From the NCBI GenBank assembly GCA_037132355.1, contig JBAXPH010000001.1, forward strand, positions 1-52,243: a stretch of 52,243 nt of DNA. The letters are read 5' to 3'. The notes beneath the pieces were generated by a model that saw nothing but the letters and a program-made list of their open reading frames with translations, did not search any database and was not told the origin of the DNA. Made by a program: the position numbers and the translations under genes. The DNA is from Actinomycetes bacterium (GTDB taxonomy: Bacteria; Actinomycetota; Actinomycetes; Nanopelagicales; Nanopelagicaceae). Of the stretch, positions 9,275 to 20,500 are shown in pieces; position 1 is the stretch's first letter; each line of letters starts with the position of its first letter.

Positions 9275-9882
9275 AAGATATAAGCGCTGTAACTTTTGCG
9301 GTCCAATCTTTTGTCACGCTATTTGTGATTATGGATCCTCCTGGTGCAACACCTATATTCCTTGGTTTGGTTTCGGATAAGTCACCGCGAGTCCGAAGAA
9401 TTTTGGCTGTGCAAGCTGCAGGAGTCTCGCTCCTTGTAATTTCAATATTTGCTTTGTTTGGCCGCGCAATTTTGAATTACCTCAACATTTCAATGGAAGC
9501 CCTACAAGCAGCAGGAGCGTTATTGCTCTTGTTGGTCGCCCTAGAACTACTTACCGGAAACGCCAAGAACCACGGCGATGACGGAGACTCCAATGTCGCC
9601 CTTGTTCCTCTAGGTACTCCAATTTTGGCTGGCCCAGGTGCAATCGTTGCAACAATGATTTTTGTTCAGCAAGCAAAAACAAGCACGATGGTTCTTGGAT
9701 TAGTGGCAGCAGTAATTGCGGTTCATATTGCAATAGCAGCGGTACTTATGGCTTCAACGACAATATTAAATGTCATCAAAGAAGCAGGCGTGACTTTAGT
9801 TGCTCGAATTGCTGGCTTATTGCTTGCAGCAATTGCAGTTCAGATGCTGGTTAACGCGATCCGCGTTTTTGTTGCTGCTTAG
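9271..9882 (+). CDS. MarC family membrane protein
   Basis: LFVIMDPPG, VPLGTPILAGPGAI, RIAGLLLAAIAVQ. Confidence 0.93.
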   Translation: MKDISAVTFAVQSFVTLFVIMDPPGATPIFLGLVSDKSPRVRRILAVQAAGVSLLVISIFALFGRAILNYLNISMEALQAAGALLLLLVALELLTGNAKNHGDDGDSNVALVPLGTPILAGPGAIVATMIFVQQAKTSTMVLGLVAAVIAVHIAIAAVLMASTTILNVIKEAGVTLVARIAGLLLAAIAVQMLVNAIRVFVAA

Positions 9883-11216
9883 CTCTCTGTAAACTTTTTT
9901 GTACGAGTACGTGTGCGCTCGGTACGAACCTTTGGAACCTCTTGCTTGGCACGAGGAGTTCGAGACTCTTTAGTTTCAACTTTGGCTACCGGCTTGGCTT
10001 TCACAAGTCGACCGGTTGAGCCAGCAGGAATATTGAGCATTTCATACAAGTGCTCTGATGATGAATACGTTTCTTCAGGTTCTGCAAGTCCGAGTTCTAG
10101 TGTTTGATCAATCATTTTCCAGCGGGCAAGTTCATCCCAATCAACAAAAGTAACCGCGATACCGTGTGCACCTGCACGAGCGGTCCGGCCAATACGGTGA
10201 ACATAAGTTTTCTCATCCTCAGGGCATTGATAGTTTATAACGTGTGTAATTCCATCAATATCAATACCGCGAGCTGCAACATCTGTCGCAACTAATACAT
10301 CTGATTTTCCTGCTTTGAAATCACTTAATGCTTTTTCGCGTGCGCTTTGACCCAGATCACCATGAATTGGAGCAGCTTTAAAGCCGCGTTCCATTAAATC
10401 TTCGGCGGTCTTTTGTGCTGTGCGCTTTGTGCGACAGAAAACCATAGTTGGGCCGCGGCCTTCAGCTTGCAAAATACGTGCAAGCATTTCAATTTTATCC
10501 ATCGCGTGTGCTCGCAAAACATGTTGCTTAATTCTTGTAACAACGGCGCCCTCATCTTCGCTGTCTTGTGTACGAATATGAATTGGCTGGTTCATGAAAC
10601 GACGAGCTAGAGCAATGATGTCTCCAGGCATAGTTGCTGAAAACAACATAGTTTGAGTGCGATTAGGTGTGCTTGAAAGAATTTTTTCAACATCTGGCAA
10701 GAAACCTAGATCTAACATTTCATCAGCCTCATCAAGGACTAAACGTGAAACCTCTTTTAGTTTTAACTGTCCTTGACGCGACAAATCTAGAAGTCGGCCC
10801 GGTGTACCAACAACAATTTCAACACCCGCTTGTAGAGCTTCAATTTGTGGCTCAAATGCACGGCCACCATAAACGGCAAGTGTGCGAATTCCACGGTTAG
10901 AAGCAAGCTCTTCGATATCGCGTGTTACCTGAGTACACAGCTCGCGAGTAGGAACAACAATTAAAACCTGTGGCATACCTTTGTTGGCAAAATCAGCCCA
11001 CTCAGCATCATTAGGTGCGATAACTCTTTCAATGACTGGAATACCAAAGGCAAGTGTCTTTCCGGTACCGGTCTTTGCCTGTCCAATTACATCGCCATCT
11101 GCAAGTGCGATTGGTAAAACCATTTCTTGAATTGCGAAAGGGGCCAAGAATCCATGGGCGTGAAGTGCTTCAATTGTTTGGCTGCGCAGGGGCAGCTCGG
11201 CAAATGTTGGTGACAT
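9879..11216 (-). CDS. DEAD-box RNA helicase
   Basis: AKTGTGKT, PTREL, DEAD, SAT, ARGID, HRIGRTAR. Confidence 0.96.
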   Translation of the reverse strand: MSPTFAELPLRSQTIEALHAHGFLAPFAIQEMVLPIALADGDVIGQAKTGTGKTLAFGIPVIERVIAPNDAEWADFANKGMPQVLIVVPTRELCTQVTRDIEELASNRGIRTLAVYGGRAFEPQIEALQAGVEIVVGTPGRLLDLSRQGQLKLKEVSRLVLDEADEMLDLGFLPDVEKILSSTPNRTQTMLFSATMPGDIIALARRFMNQPIHIRTQDSEDEGAVVTRIKQHVLRAHAMDKIEMLARILQAEGRGPTMVFCRTKRTAQKTAEDLMERGFKAAPIHGDLGQSAREKALSDFKAGKSDVLVATDVAARGIDIDGITHVINYQCPEDEKTYVHRIGRTARAGAHGIAVTFVDWDELARWKMIDQTLELGLAEPEETYSSSEHLYEMLNIPAGSTGRLVKAKPVAKVETKESRTPRAKQEVPKVRTERTRTRTKKFTES

Positions 11217-11237
11217 GTTTATTTAATCCTAACGATT

Positions 11238-11849
11238 TTAATTGCGCGGGAAACCGGAAATGCCTCGCCACATAAGGTTGTGAACTAGCGCCACAGCCTC
11301 TTGTCGACTCAACTTGCTATCTCGTTCGAGCCAGTGACGAGCAGTTACTTGCGCATAACCAATCATTCCAACACCCAAAAGCATTGATGCCTCTTTTGGT
11401 AGGCCAGTATCAATTGCAATCACAGCACTTGCTGCAGCTGCACAGTCATATGTCATTCGATTCAGACGTTCGCGAACCTGTGGTTCAACACTCATATCAC
11501 TTTCAAATAGTAGGCGAAACGCCTCACCTTCTTTTTCGATGAATGCAAAGTAGGCATCGACAGTTGCATGAACTCGATCTTTATTGTCTGGAGTTGAAGC
11601 AATCGCCTTTTGAATTTCAAAGACCAGGGAATCAATGTGCAAATCCAGCACGGCCAAGTACAGCTCTAGTTTCGATGGAAAATGCTGGTACAAAACCGGC
11701 TTTGAAACATTCGCACGATCTGCAATTTCATCCATTGCAGCCGAGTGGTAACCAGCAGCGGTGAAAACTTCAAGTGCGGCTGAAAGCAACAATGCTCGGC
11801 GCTCATCTCGAGGCAAGCGCGCCTTGTTGGTTGTGTCTAGGTTACTCAT
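11238..11849 (-). CDS. TetR/AcrR family regulator (Rv3208-like)
   Basis: AMDEIADRANVSKPVLYQHFPSK HTH; C-terminal WRGISGFP. Confidence 0.92.
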   Translation of the reverse strand: MSNLDTTNKARLPRDERRALLLSAALEVFTAAGYHSAAMDEIADRANVSKPVLYQHFPSKLELYLAVLDLHIDSLVFEIQKAIASTPDNKDRVHATVDAYFAFIEKEGEAFRLLFESDMSVEPQVRERLNRMTYDCAAAASAVIAIDTGLPKEASMLLGVGMIGYAQVTARHWLERDSKLSRQEAVALVHNLMWRGISGFPRN

Positions 11850-11879
11850 TGGCGTAATCGTACGGCAGAATTACCAATC

Positions 11880-12746
11880 ATGAACCGCCCATATGAAGGT
11901 ATTCGCATCCTGCTCGTGCATGCACACCCTGATGATGAAACCATCAACAATGGAGCAACAATGGCTCTTTATGCCGATCGAGGGGCTCAAGTAACGCTTG
12001 TGACCTGCACCCGAGGGGAAGAAGGCGAAGTTTTAGTTCCTGCGCTATCGCGTCTTTCGAGTGCTGAGCAAGATTTGTTGGGAGCACACAGAGAAACAGA
12101 ACTCGCTCTTGCAATGAAAGCACTCGGAATTTCAGATTATCGATTTCTTGGATCACCAGCTACAAAGTTTCGAGATAGCGGAATGATGGGAACAGAACCG
12201 AATAACCGTCCAGATGTTTTTTGGCAGGCAGATTTAGATACTGCTGCAAAAATACTTGTACAAGTAATTGAAGAAATTAAGCCGCATATCTTGATTACCT
12301 ATGATGAAATTGGTGGATACGGTCATCCGGATCATATTCAGGCACACCGAGTTGCAATGCGAGCAGCTGAATTATCAGAATGGCAGATTCAAAAGATTTA
12401 CTGGAACACAATCCCTAAATCAGTAATTGCTCAGGGCATGGAAAAAATGAAGGAAATTGGTTCAGATTTCTTTGGTGCAGAAAGTATTGATGACATTCCA
12501 TTTGCGAAAGATGATGAGTTCGTAACTACCTTGATCGATGGTTCTGCCTATGTTGATTTAAAAATGGCGGCTATGAAAGCGCACGAAACTCAAATTGCTC
12601 TAGATGGTCCATTCTTTGCGTTATCAAACAATCTTGGAATGCAGATTTGGGGGGACGAGTACTACACCTTAGTAAAGGGCGTAAAGAGCGCACCCTTTGA
12701 TTCGGCCGGACGCGAAACAGATTTAACATCTGGCATAGTTCTGTAA
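11880..12746 (+). CDS. mshB: GlcNAc-Ins deacetylase (mycothiol biosynthesis)
   Basis: HAHPDDETINNG, RDSGMMG, GGYGHPDH, FALSNN. Confidence 0.92.
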   Translation: MNRPYEGIRILLVHAHPDDETINNGATMALYADRGAQVTLVTCTRGEEGEVLVPALSRLSSAEQDLLGAHRETELALAMKALGISDYRFLGSPATKFRDSGMMGTEPNNRPDVFWQADLDTAAKILVQVIEEIKPHILITYDEIGGYGHPDHIQAHRVAMRAAELSEWQIQKIYWNTIPKSVIAQGMEKMKEIGSDFFGAESIDDIPFAKDDEFVTTLIDGSAYVDLKMAAMKAHETQIALDGPFFALSNNLGMQIWGDEYYTLVKGVKSAPFDSAGRETDLTSGIVL

Positions 12747-13057
12747 TGCGTTACTTATTGTCGCTTCTTTTAGGATTAGCACTTGGCGCAAGTTCTGTGT
12801 TTATTTACAGCCTCTATCCACCCGTAGGCTTGGTGCTCTCAGTTGCAGCCACATTTCTTGGTATTTGGGTAGCAGGGCGATTCTGGGGAAAAAGAATGTA
12901 TAGATTTATTGCTGCAGCTGCGTGGGGCTTTGTTGTTTTGCGTGCAGGTTTTCCTGGAATTAATGATGAGTATTTGATTCAGGGAAACTCAATAGGTGTT
13001 TCTCTAATCAATTTTGGATTTATCGCAGTCGTCATTGCGATTTTGACCCCACTTTAA
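12746..13057 (+). CDS. Small membrane protein (DUF6113-like, usual mshB neighbour)
   Basis: Four hydrophobic segments; TAATG coupling to mshB. Confidence 0.6.
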   Translation: MRYLLSLLLGLALGASSVFIYSLYPPVGLVLSVAATFLGIWVAGRFWGKRMYRFIAAAAWGFVVLRAGFPGINDEYLIQGNSIGVSLINFGFIAVVIAILTPL

Positions 13058-14400
13058 AACCAGTTTTGCCCATCAGCGGTATCTTGAATCTGTAATCCAA
13101 GCTCTTCTAATTGAACTCGTAGCGCATCACTATCTGCCCAGCGTTTTTCACTGCGGGCTTTTGTGCGCTCATCAAGAAGTTTTTGCATCTGATCCGTTAA
13201 GGCACGAGCTACAACTGGACGATCAAGGTCTAATCCAAGTACTTGATCGGCATACATAAATAGTTCACGCTTATTTTCACAATTACTTTTCTCTATGTCG
13301 CGCAAACGAAGAATGACCTTTGGAGTATCTAAGTCATTATTAAATGCTGATTCCATTTCAGAATCTATAGAGATTGTGGTGGATTGGCTCCAGGCGGACA
13401 TTTTATTGCGCCAACGCTTTAGCGTTTCATTGGCAGCGGTAATTGAGTTCCACGTTAAATCCATTTGAGATCTGTATCTATTTTCTAAGAAACACAGGCG
13501 TAGGGCTAATGGGTCAATTCCGCGCGCGATGATGTCGCTGACCAAAACAACATTGCCACTACTTTTTGACATCTTCCTGCCCTCGAACAGCAGATGTTCT
13601 CCATGAACCCACACATCAACTGCTTCTTGGCCAATAACTGAATTCGACTGAGCTCGCTCATTCTCATGATGTGGGAAACGCAAATCAATTCCACCAACAT
13701 GGACATCAACATGTTTTTTAAGCATGTCCATGGACATTGCCGAACATTCGATGTGCCAACCAGGAAAGCCTGGACCCCAGGGAGAATCCCAAATCATTTC
13801 CCGGCGATCACCAGCAGTTTTCCATAGTGCCCAGTCCGCGTGGAATCTTTTCGCTCCATCATTGTGACTTTCGAATTTATGTCCGGGTATTAGTGACTCC
13901 AATTTGTTTCCACTGATTGCCCCATAACTTTCAAATTTTTGCGCATCAAAGTAAACAGTTTTATCGCCACCAACATAGGCAAATCCCTTGTCCATCAATT
14001 CGGCAATCATTGACTGCATTAATTCGATGCTTTCACTAGCCCGTGGATAGGCATCTGCTTTTTTAATGTTTAAAGCAGATAAGTCTTTGTGAAACTCTTC
14101 TTCATATTTTCGGGCAATTTCGAGCGGACTCTTTTTTTCGATTGTTGCTTGTGCCAAAATCTTGTCATCTCCGGTGAAATCTTCGGACATATGTCCTACA
14201 TCGGTAATGTTTTGTACTAATTTAACTTTAGTTCCACTTAAAACTGCTACACGAGAAATTAAGTCAGCCAACATAAATGTTCGAAGATTGCCAACATGTG
14301 CATCGCGATAAACCGTGGGCCCACAGCAATACATCGTCAGCAGTCCATCAGTCGAAGTTGCCTCTTTTAGTGCACGCGACTTAGTGTCATATAACTTCAT
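13054..14400 (-). CDS. cysS: Cysteine--tRNA ligase
   Basis: CGPTVY, HVGN (HIGH), PGWHIECSAM, FPHHENE, KMSKS; start MKLYDT coupled by ATGA overlap. Confidence 0.93.
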   Translation of the reverse strand: MKLYDTKSRALKEATSTDGLLTMYCCGPTVYRDAHVGNLRTFMLADLISRVAVLSGTKVKLVQNITDVGHMSEDFTGDDKILAQATIEKKSPLEIARKYEEEFHKDLSALNIKKADAYPRASESIELMQSMIAELMDKGFAYVGGDKTVYFDAQKFESYGAISGNKLESLIPGHKFESHNDGAKRFHADWALWKTAGDRREMIWDSPWGPGFPGWHIECSAMSMDMLKKHVDVHVGGIDLRFPHHENERAQSNSVIGQEAVDVWVHGEHLLFEGRKMSKSSGNVVLVSDIIARGIDPLALRLCFLENRYRSQMDLTWNSITAANETLKRWRNKMSAWSQSTTISIDSEMESAFNNDLDTPKVILRLRDIEKSNCENKRELFMYADQVLGLDLDRPVVARALTDQMQKLLDERTKARSEKRWADSDALRVQLEELGLQIQDTADGQNWF

Positions 14401-14597
14401 ATGCGCTCTATTACTTCGCGCCAAACAAAGATCTGATCATGAGCAAATTCGATCACAGTGTTGTGACGATTTCTAAGGGTAAAGGGAGTCTCGAGATGGC
14501 CAAGAATGTCGCGAAACCCACCTTCTGGATCGTGCAGCCGAATACTGACCCTTTTGCCTATAAGTGAGGCAAATGTGGCTTCTAGCTCTGTTGGCAT
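14397..14597 (-). CDS. 66-aa protein resembling the SH3-like N-domain of Rv0428c-type GNAT acetyltransferases
   Basis: IGKRVSIRL...FRDILGHL pattern; divergent from fdxA; coupled to cysS. Confidence 0.55.
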   Translation of the reverse strand: MPTELEATFASLIGKRVSIRLHDPEGGFRDILGHLETPFTLRNRHNTVIEFAHDQIFVWREVIERI

Positions 14598-14696
14598 AAC
14601 CGAACGATAAACCGAGTCGGCAAATATCGCGCATCGGCCACTGTAGGAGTTAGAATTCCCCGGTAACTATCTCGCTAGATTTTTTGGAGGCTGCTC

Positions 14697-15017
14697 GTGA
14701 CGTATGTGATCGCCGAACCGTGCATCGATGTAAAAGATAAATCCTGCATCGAAGAATGCCCTGTGGATTGCATTTACGAAGGCGGACGAATGCTGTACAT
14801 CCAGCCTGACGAGTGCGTTGACTGCGGTGCATGCGAGCCAGTCTGTCCGGTTGAAGCTATCTATTACGAAGATGATGTTCCTGGGCAGTGGAAAGATTTT
14901 AGTAAGGCAAACACCGAGTTCTTCATTGAAATTGGTTCACCAGGCGGTGCTAGCAAGGTTGGCCCAACTGGCACAGATCATCCTTCAGTTACTGCGCTTC
15001 CACCAAAGAGCGAGTAA
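14697..15017 (+). CDS. fdxA: 7Fe ferredoxin
   Basis: [36 protein letters not shown]; GGAGG RBS. Confidence 0.96.
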   Translation: MTYVIAEPCIDVKDKSCIEECPVDCIYEGGRMLYIQPDECVDCGACEPVCPVEAIYYEDDVPGQWKDFSKANTEFFIEIGSPGGASKVGPTGTDHPSVTALPPKSE

Positions 15018-15020
15018 GCA

Positions 15021-16085
15021 TTGCGCGGCCAGCTCCCAGATTTTCCCTGGGATGCACTCGCACCCTACGGAGATACAGCTAGATCGCATCCGCAAGGAAT
15101 TATCGATCTGTCACAAGGAACCCCAGTGGATCCGACGCCAGAGTTTATTCAGCAAGTTTTTCGTGATGCATCAAATTCGCCAAGTTATCCCGTAACAGCA
15201 GGAACACCCGAACTCCGAGCAGCAATTAAGAAGTGGGCGATAGAACGATTAGGTGCAAGCGGAGATTTTGATGTTCTGCCAGTTATTGGATCCAAAGAGT
15301 TAGTCGCATGGCTTCCGACAATTTTAGAAACTAAAAAAGTTTTAATTCCGGAAATTGCCTATCCGACGTATCACGTTGGCGCGGTATTAGCAGGTGCCGA
15401 ATCGGTACCTGTTGCAATTGATGCAAAGAGCTGGCCGGCAGCTGATTTAGCATGGTTGAACTCGCCATCAAATCCAACTGGCCGAGTACATAGTGATTCT
15501 GAAATCAAAGAGTGCATCGATTGGTCCCGTGCAAATAAAGCATTGTTAGTTTCTGATGAGTGTTACTTAGAATTCGCGCAATTGGCCCAACCAGTTTCAG
15601 TCCTTGCCCATACCGGCGGAGACAACACAAATATTTTGGCTATTCACTCTCTTTCAAAACGTTCATCAATGGCTGGTTATCGTGCTGCCTTCATGATTGG
15701 TGATTCTGATTTAATCGCAAGAATTCGCGAAATTCGAAAGCATGGCGGAATGATGGTTCCGCTACCTGTTCAAAAAGCAATGACAGTTGCATTGACTGAT
15801 GACAAACACGTCGCTGAACAACGTGCTCGTTACAACGCTCGCAAAGAAGCGTTACGTCCCGCCCTAGAAGCTGCAGGATTTACAATCGAATTTAGCAATG
15901 CAGGTTTATATCTATGGTGTACCCGCAATGAAGATGCGTGGGAAAGCGTTTCCTGGCTTGCCCAACGTGGAATCTTGGCAACACCTGGATCCTTCTATGG
16001 CAGCCACGGTGCGCGCCACATACGTATTGCAATGACAGCCACAGATGCTCAAATTGCTGATGCTGTTCAACGTATTAAGGCTTAA
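15021..16085 (+). CDS. dapC: N-succinyldiaminopimelate aminotransferase
   Basis: LPDFPWD, GTPVDP, SPSNPTG, HSLSKRS; fdxA-dapC synteny. Confidence 0.92.
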   Translation: MRGQLPDFPWDALAPYGDTARSHPQGIIDLSQGTPVDPTPEFIQQVFRDASNSPSYPVTAGTPELRAAIKKWAIERLGASGDFDVLPVIGSKELVAWLPTILETKKVLIPEIAYPTYHVGAVLAGAESVPVAIDAKSWPAADLAWLNSPSNPTGRVHSDSEIKECIDWSRANKALLVSDECYLEFAQLAQPVSVLAHTGGDNTNILAIHSLSKRSSMAGYRAAFMIGDSDLIARIREIRKHGGMMVPLPVQKAMTVALTDDKHVAEQRARYNARKEALRPALEAAGFTIEFSNAGLYLWCTRNEDAWESVSWLAQRGILATPGSFYGSHGARHIRIAMTATDAQIADAVQRIKA

Positions 16086-16088
16086 CTC

Positions 16089-17048
16089 ATGGCTGTAGCA
16101 ATTTTATTAGTTGGTGGCTTCGGCACGCGATTGATGCCATTAACGAAAAACACGCCAAAGCCAATGCTGACCGTGGCCGGTGTTCCCGTAACAGAACATC
16201 AATTAGCGATGGCAAAATCGGCAGGAATAAGTGAAATTGTTTTGGCAACTTCTTATCTTTCGGAAGTTTTTATTCCCTACTTTGGTGATGGTTCCAAGTG
16301 GGGTATGAAAATAAAGTATGCAGTTGAAGAGGCACCACTTGGAACAGGCGGTGCGATACGTAATGCAGCCAAACTGCTTGATACTAATGAATCTGTCGTA
16401 ATCCTAAATGGCGATGTCTTAAGCGCTCATAATTTGACCGAGCAGATTCGCCAACACGAAGCACATGATGCGGATGTGACTTTACATTTAACCCAAGTAG
16501 AGGATGCACGTGCATTTGGTTGTGTCCCAACAGATAGTGATGGCCGAGTGACTGCATTTCTGGAAAAGATGGAAAATCCAGTTACCAATCAGATCAATGC
16601 TGGTTGCTATGTCTTTAATCCTCGAGCTATTTCAACGATCCCGCTAGACACAGTGGTTTCGGTCGAACGTGAAACGTTCCCACAACTAGTTGAAAGTGGC
16701 GCTAAAGTTTTTGGATATGTAGAAAAAGCTTATTGGTTAGATATAGGAAATCCACGGGCGTTGTTAAAGGCATCGATGGATATCGTTAAACGAAGTGGTG
16801 ATTTCTTAGCTATGCCTGGTTCTTCAATTGACCCCTCAGCTGTAATTACAGGCGGCAGTTGCATTGGAATTAATACATCGGTTGGGGCAGGAGCGGTCAT
16901 TGATGGCTCTATTGTTGAAGCTAATTCAATCATCGGATCACAGGCAACAATTAAGGATTCATTTGTCGCATCGGGTGCAAAAGTAGACAATGGCGCGAAA
17001 ATAACCTCATCGTGTGTAACAAATACCGAAATTCTTTCAATTCCCTAG
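16089..17048 (+). CDS. Mannose-1-phosphate guanylyltransferase (NDP-sugar synthase)
   Basis: LVGGFGTRLMPLT...PKPML, PLGTGGAI, FLEK, YWLDIG; left-handed beta-helix tail. Confidence 0.88.
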   Translation: MAVAILLVGGFGTRLMPLTKNTPKPMLTVAGVPVTEHQLAMAKSAGISEIVLATSYLSEVFIPYFGDGSKWGMKIKYAVEEAPLGTGGAIRNAAKLLDTNESVVILNGDVLSAHNLTEQIRQHEAHDADVTLHLTQVEDARAFGCVPTDSDGRVTAFLEKMENPVTNQINAGCYVFNPRAISTIPLDTVVSVERETFPQLVESGAKVFGYVEKAYWLDIGNPRALLKASMDIVKRSGDFLAMPGSSIDPSAVITGGSCIGINTSVGAGAVIDGSIVEANSIIGSQATIKDSFVASGAKVDNGAKITSSCVTNTEILSIP

Positions 17049-17089
17049 AATTCAAGCGTAAATATTCACCTAGGGGGCAGACTCTGGGC

Positions 17090-17118
17090 TTGACATCAGC
17101 GAGTTACAAGCGTGTAAT
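17090..17118 (+). promoter_or_regulatory. Principal-sigma promoter upstream of whiB
   Basis: TTGACA-N17-TGTAAT. Confidence 0.65.
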
Positions 17119-17183
17119 TCACTCTTAAGAACGTCTTTTCCACGAGGGATGAGACAAGAGCTAGCTAATGGAGCATCGACACA

Positions 17184-17483
17184 ATGCCGATTCAACCCGC
17201 AGCCCAGAACTTCCCAATCCCCACGTCAGGCCCAACAGTCACACTCGCATCAGGCGAAAATATGGAACTCTCTTGGCAGGAGCGCGCGCTATGCGCACAG
17301 ACTGACCCAGAAGCTTTCTTTCCAGAAAAAGGCGGCTCTACTCGCGAAGCAAAGCGCGTCTGCCTTTCCTGCGATGTTCGCGCAGAATGTTTGGAATACG
17401 CACTTGCACACGATGAACGCTTCGGAATTTGGGGCGGATTATCAGAGCGCGAACGCCGTCGCTTAAAGCGTCGCACTGCGTAA
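17184..17483 (+). CDS. whiB: WhiB (WhiB2/WhmD ortholog) Fe-S transcription factor
   Basis: WQERALCAQTDPEAFFPEKGGSTREAK, four Cys, GIWGG. Confidence 0.95.
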   Translation: MPIQPAAQNFPIPTSGPTVTLASGENMELSWQERALCAQTDPEAFFPEKGGSTREAKRVCLSCDVRAECLEYALAHDERFGIWGGLSERERRRLKRRTA

Positions 17484-17520
17484 GGTTCTTGCATCTCTCA
17501 GGAGATAGCGAGTTGTTCTT

Positions 17521-20500
17521 ATGGCTTCCCTAGCCGATGTAGATAAGCATCGTGTAACTGCAGTTCTTGTTTCTCACAATGGAGCACTGTGGTTACCCGA
17601 AGTTGTTGCAGCACTTACTTCTCAAACCAGACCTATTGATTTAATTACCGCTGTCGACACCGGTTCAGAAGATACATCTACAAAATTACTAAAATCTGCA
17701 CGCATCCCATTTTTTTCTACAGATCGAGAAACAGGATTCGGACAAGCAGTTTCACTTGCGGTTGATAAGTTGCCCAAAGCAATTGAACATGAATGGATTT
17801 GGTTAATCCATGATGATTGCGCACCTGCTCCGACAGCGCTCGCAGAGTTATTGCATGCGATTGATGACCGCCCACAAGTTGTAATGGTTGGTCCAAAATT
17901 ACTTGGATGGCATGACAGAACACATTTATTGGAAGCCGGTATCAGTATTGCCGGCAATGGTGCCCGCTGGACCGGACTTGAGCCGCTGGAATATGACCAA
18001 GGTCAACATGATGGAATCCATGATGTTTTATCGGTCAGTACAGCAGGTGCCTTAATTCGGCGCGATGTATTTGAAGAGTTGGGCGGACTTGATCTCAATC
18101 TTGCATTGTTTAGAGACGATGTTGATTTTGGATGGCGAGCCCGAGCTGCTGGTCATTCAGTAATCGCGGCAACGAATGCTGTTGCTTTCCATGCTCAAGC
18201 ATCAGCGACCGAACGCAGACGCATTGATGTCGAAGGTGCTTTCTTGCATCGCCCATTACTTTTGGATCGACGCAATGCAGCTTACGTATTACTTGCTAAC
18301 TCTTCGTGGTGGATGATTCCGTGGATTGCGCTTCAGCTATTTGGTTCTGCGATAGCCCGTGCCATTGGTTATCTATTAGCAAAATTACCTGGCTATGCAT
18401 CTGATGAGATTCTGGCATTCACGTCGTTGATTGTTCGTCCCGGAATGATTCTTGAGGCTCGTAAGATACGCAAGAAGCAGAGGTTCGTCACTGCCCGCGT
18501 AATTGCGACCTACATCCCACCGAGATGGTCACAACTTCGCTTAGGTACAGAACGATTAATTGAGTTAGTCCGTAACAAAGTTTTTCCTGATAGCAGTGTT
18601 TCTTCTGGATCGATTCTTGATTCAGTTGAAGATGAAGATTTGTTGACACCTGTCAATACAAATAACTGGTTTTCTGTTGTAAAGCGCCCCGAAGTGCTCG
18701 GCTTTTTATTGCTCGCCATCATCACTTTAGTTAACTCGCGGAATCGACTTGGTGCATTAGTTGGTGGAGCACTCCCAAACTCGCCGGCAGGTGCGACAGA
18801 TTTGTGGAGAACTTACTTTGAATCATGGCATCAAGTTGGAATGGGGTCTTCACTTGCGACACCGCCTTGGATTATCGTGCTCGCAATTGCGGCCCTTGCC
18901 GTTCTGGGGAAAGTTCAGTTTTTAATCACACTCTTTTTCTTACTCGCACCATTACTAATTATGTGGTCGAGTTTTCATTTATTGAAAAAGTTAACTAATA
19001 ATTCATGGATTTCAATCCCAGCTGCATTTCTGTATGCAATCTCACCAGTAACAGTTGCAGCCATTAGTTCCGGGCATATTGCCACACTAGTTTTATTGAT
19101 GATTACCCCATTAATCGCTGTACTTCTTCATGATTGGTGGGGTATCGAAAAATATAGTTGGCGTAAGGTATTTTCCATTTCGCTACTTTTTTCAGTTTTA
19201 TATGCATTTACTTTGATGAGTTTTGTGATTGCATTGACAGCTGCACTTGTCATAACCCTAGATAACTATGAGGAATACTCACAAACCCAGGACAAGTTGC
19301 TGTGGCGCGAGCGAATATTAAAGAGAACAGCTCTTGTATTTGTTCCGTTTCTGGTTAATGCACCATTTTCCTTTGAAGCATTAATTAAGCCCAGCAGATT
19401 CTTAACGGAGCCGGGGCTATTAATTCCTGGTGGCGGCCCATTCGCCGTGTTGTTAGGCAATCCAGGCGGATCTGGTTCATTACCGCTGTGGTTAGTTAGT
19501 CCAATTTTATTGATCCTTGTCATTTCTCTTTTTTCCTCAACGCATGCTCGCGCAATGGCCGAATATGGAATTGCAGCTCTTGGACTTGCAGTGTTAGTGA
19601 GCTCGCTATCAATTTCTACACATGGAAGTGAAGGAGCAGTGAAAGTATGGGCTGGTCCCATGCTTTCCATATCTACGTTAGCTGCAGTTGCTGCAGGAAC
19701 TGTAATGCTGGATCGCTTACGTGAGACATTGGTTTTAAGTCATATTCACTATCGGCATATTTTGTCGGCAATTTTGCTTTTCATAACAGCTTCGTACGCA
19801 GTCTTAACTGTTGGTTATTCCGTAACTATCGGAGCGAATTCAGCAGTTCAAGCAAATAGAGCGACAGTAATACCAGCTTTCTTAAGCGTTGAAGCAGATA
19901 CCAAGATTTTGGTGTTGCGCGAGGTAGGTGGGGCCAAAGATAAAAAAATTCAGTATTACATCTCTCGCGGCCAAGATATTTCGCTGGGAGATCCGGATGT
20001 GGCACCTAAGCAAAATGTGGCGGTCGCAGCTGCGGCGCGGGCATTGATCGATGGCTCTGGAATCACAAGTAGCAAAACTTTGGGTGATTACGGAATCAAG
20101 TATGTGTTTGTAAAGAGCCCATTTAAAAAAGAAATAATTAGATCAATAGATGGCATCGGTGGATTTACACGAACTTCAGCAACCTCACTTGGAGTTGTAT
20201 GGAGAGTTAGTCAGCCAACAGGCCGTCTTTTATTCGTTAATAAAGATGGAGTTCGTTCAGTACTGGATACCGGAGAATATGGTGCTCGCACCATTGTTCC
20301 GAGTGCGGGAACATTGATTCTCACCGAAACAGCAAATAGATCATGGCAAGTATTGGAAAATGGTTATCGGTTAGAACGCACGAATAATGAATTAGGTCTA
20401 CCAACATTTAAAGTTACCGAAGCTGGAGAGATTTCACTTCTTCATGACGGAACAGTTCGTCGTGCTTGGGTTTCACTGCAGCTAATTTTCCTAGTAATTG

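Noticed and set aside
13054-14400. Possible mshC because it is next to mshB
   Set aside because: It has CGPTVY and a C-terminal anticodon-binding region typical of CysRS, not the MshC CGITPY motif.
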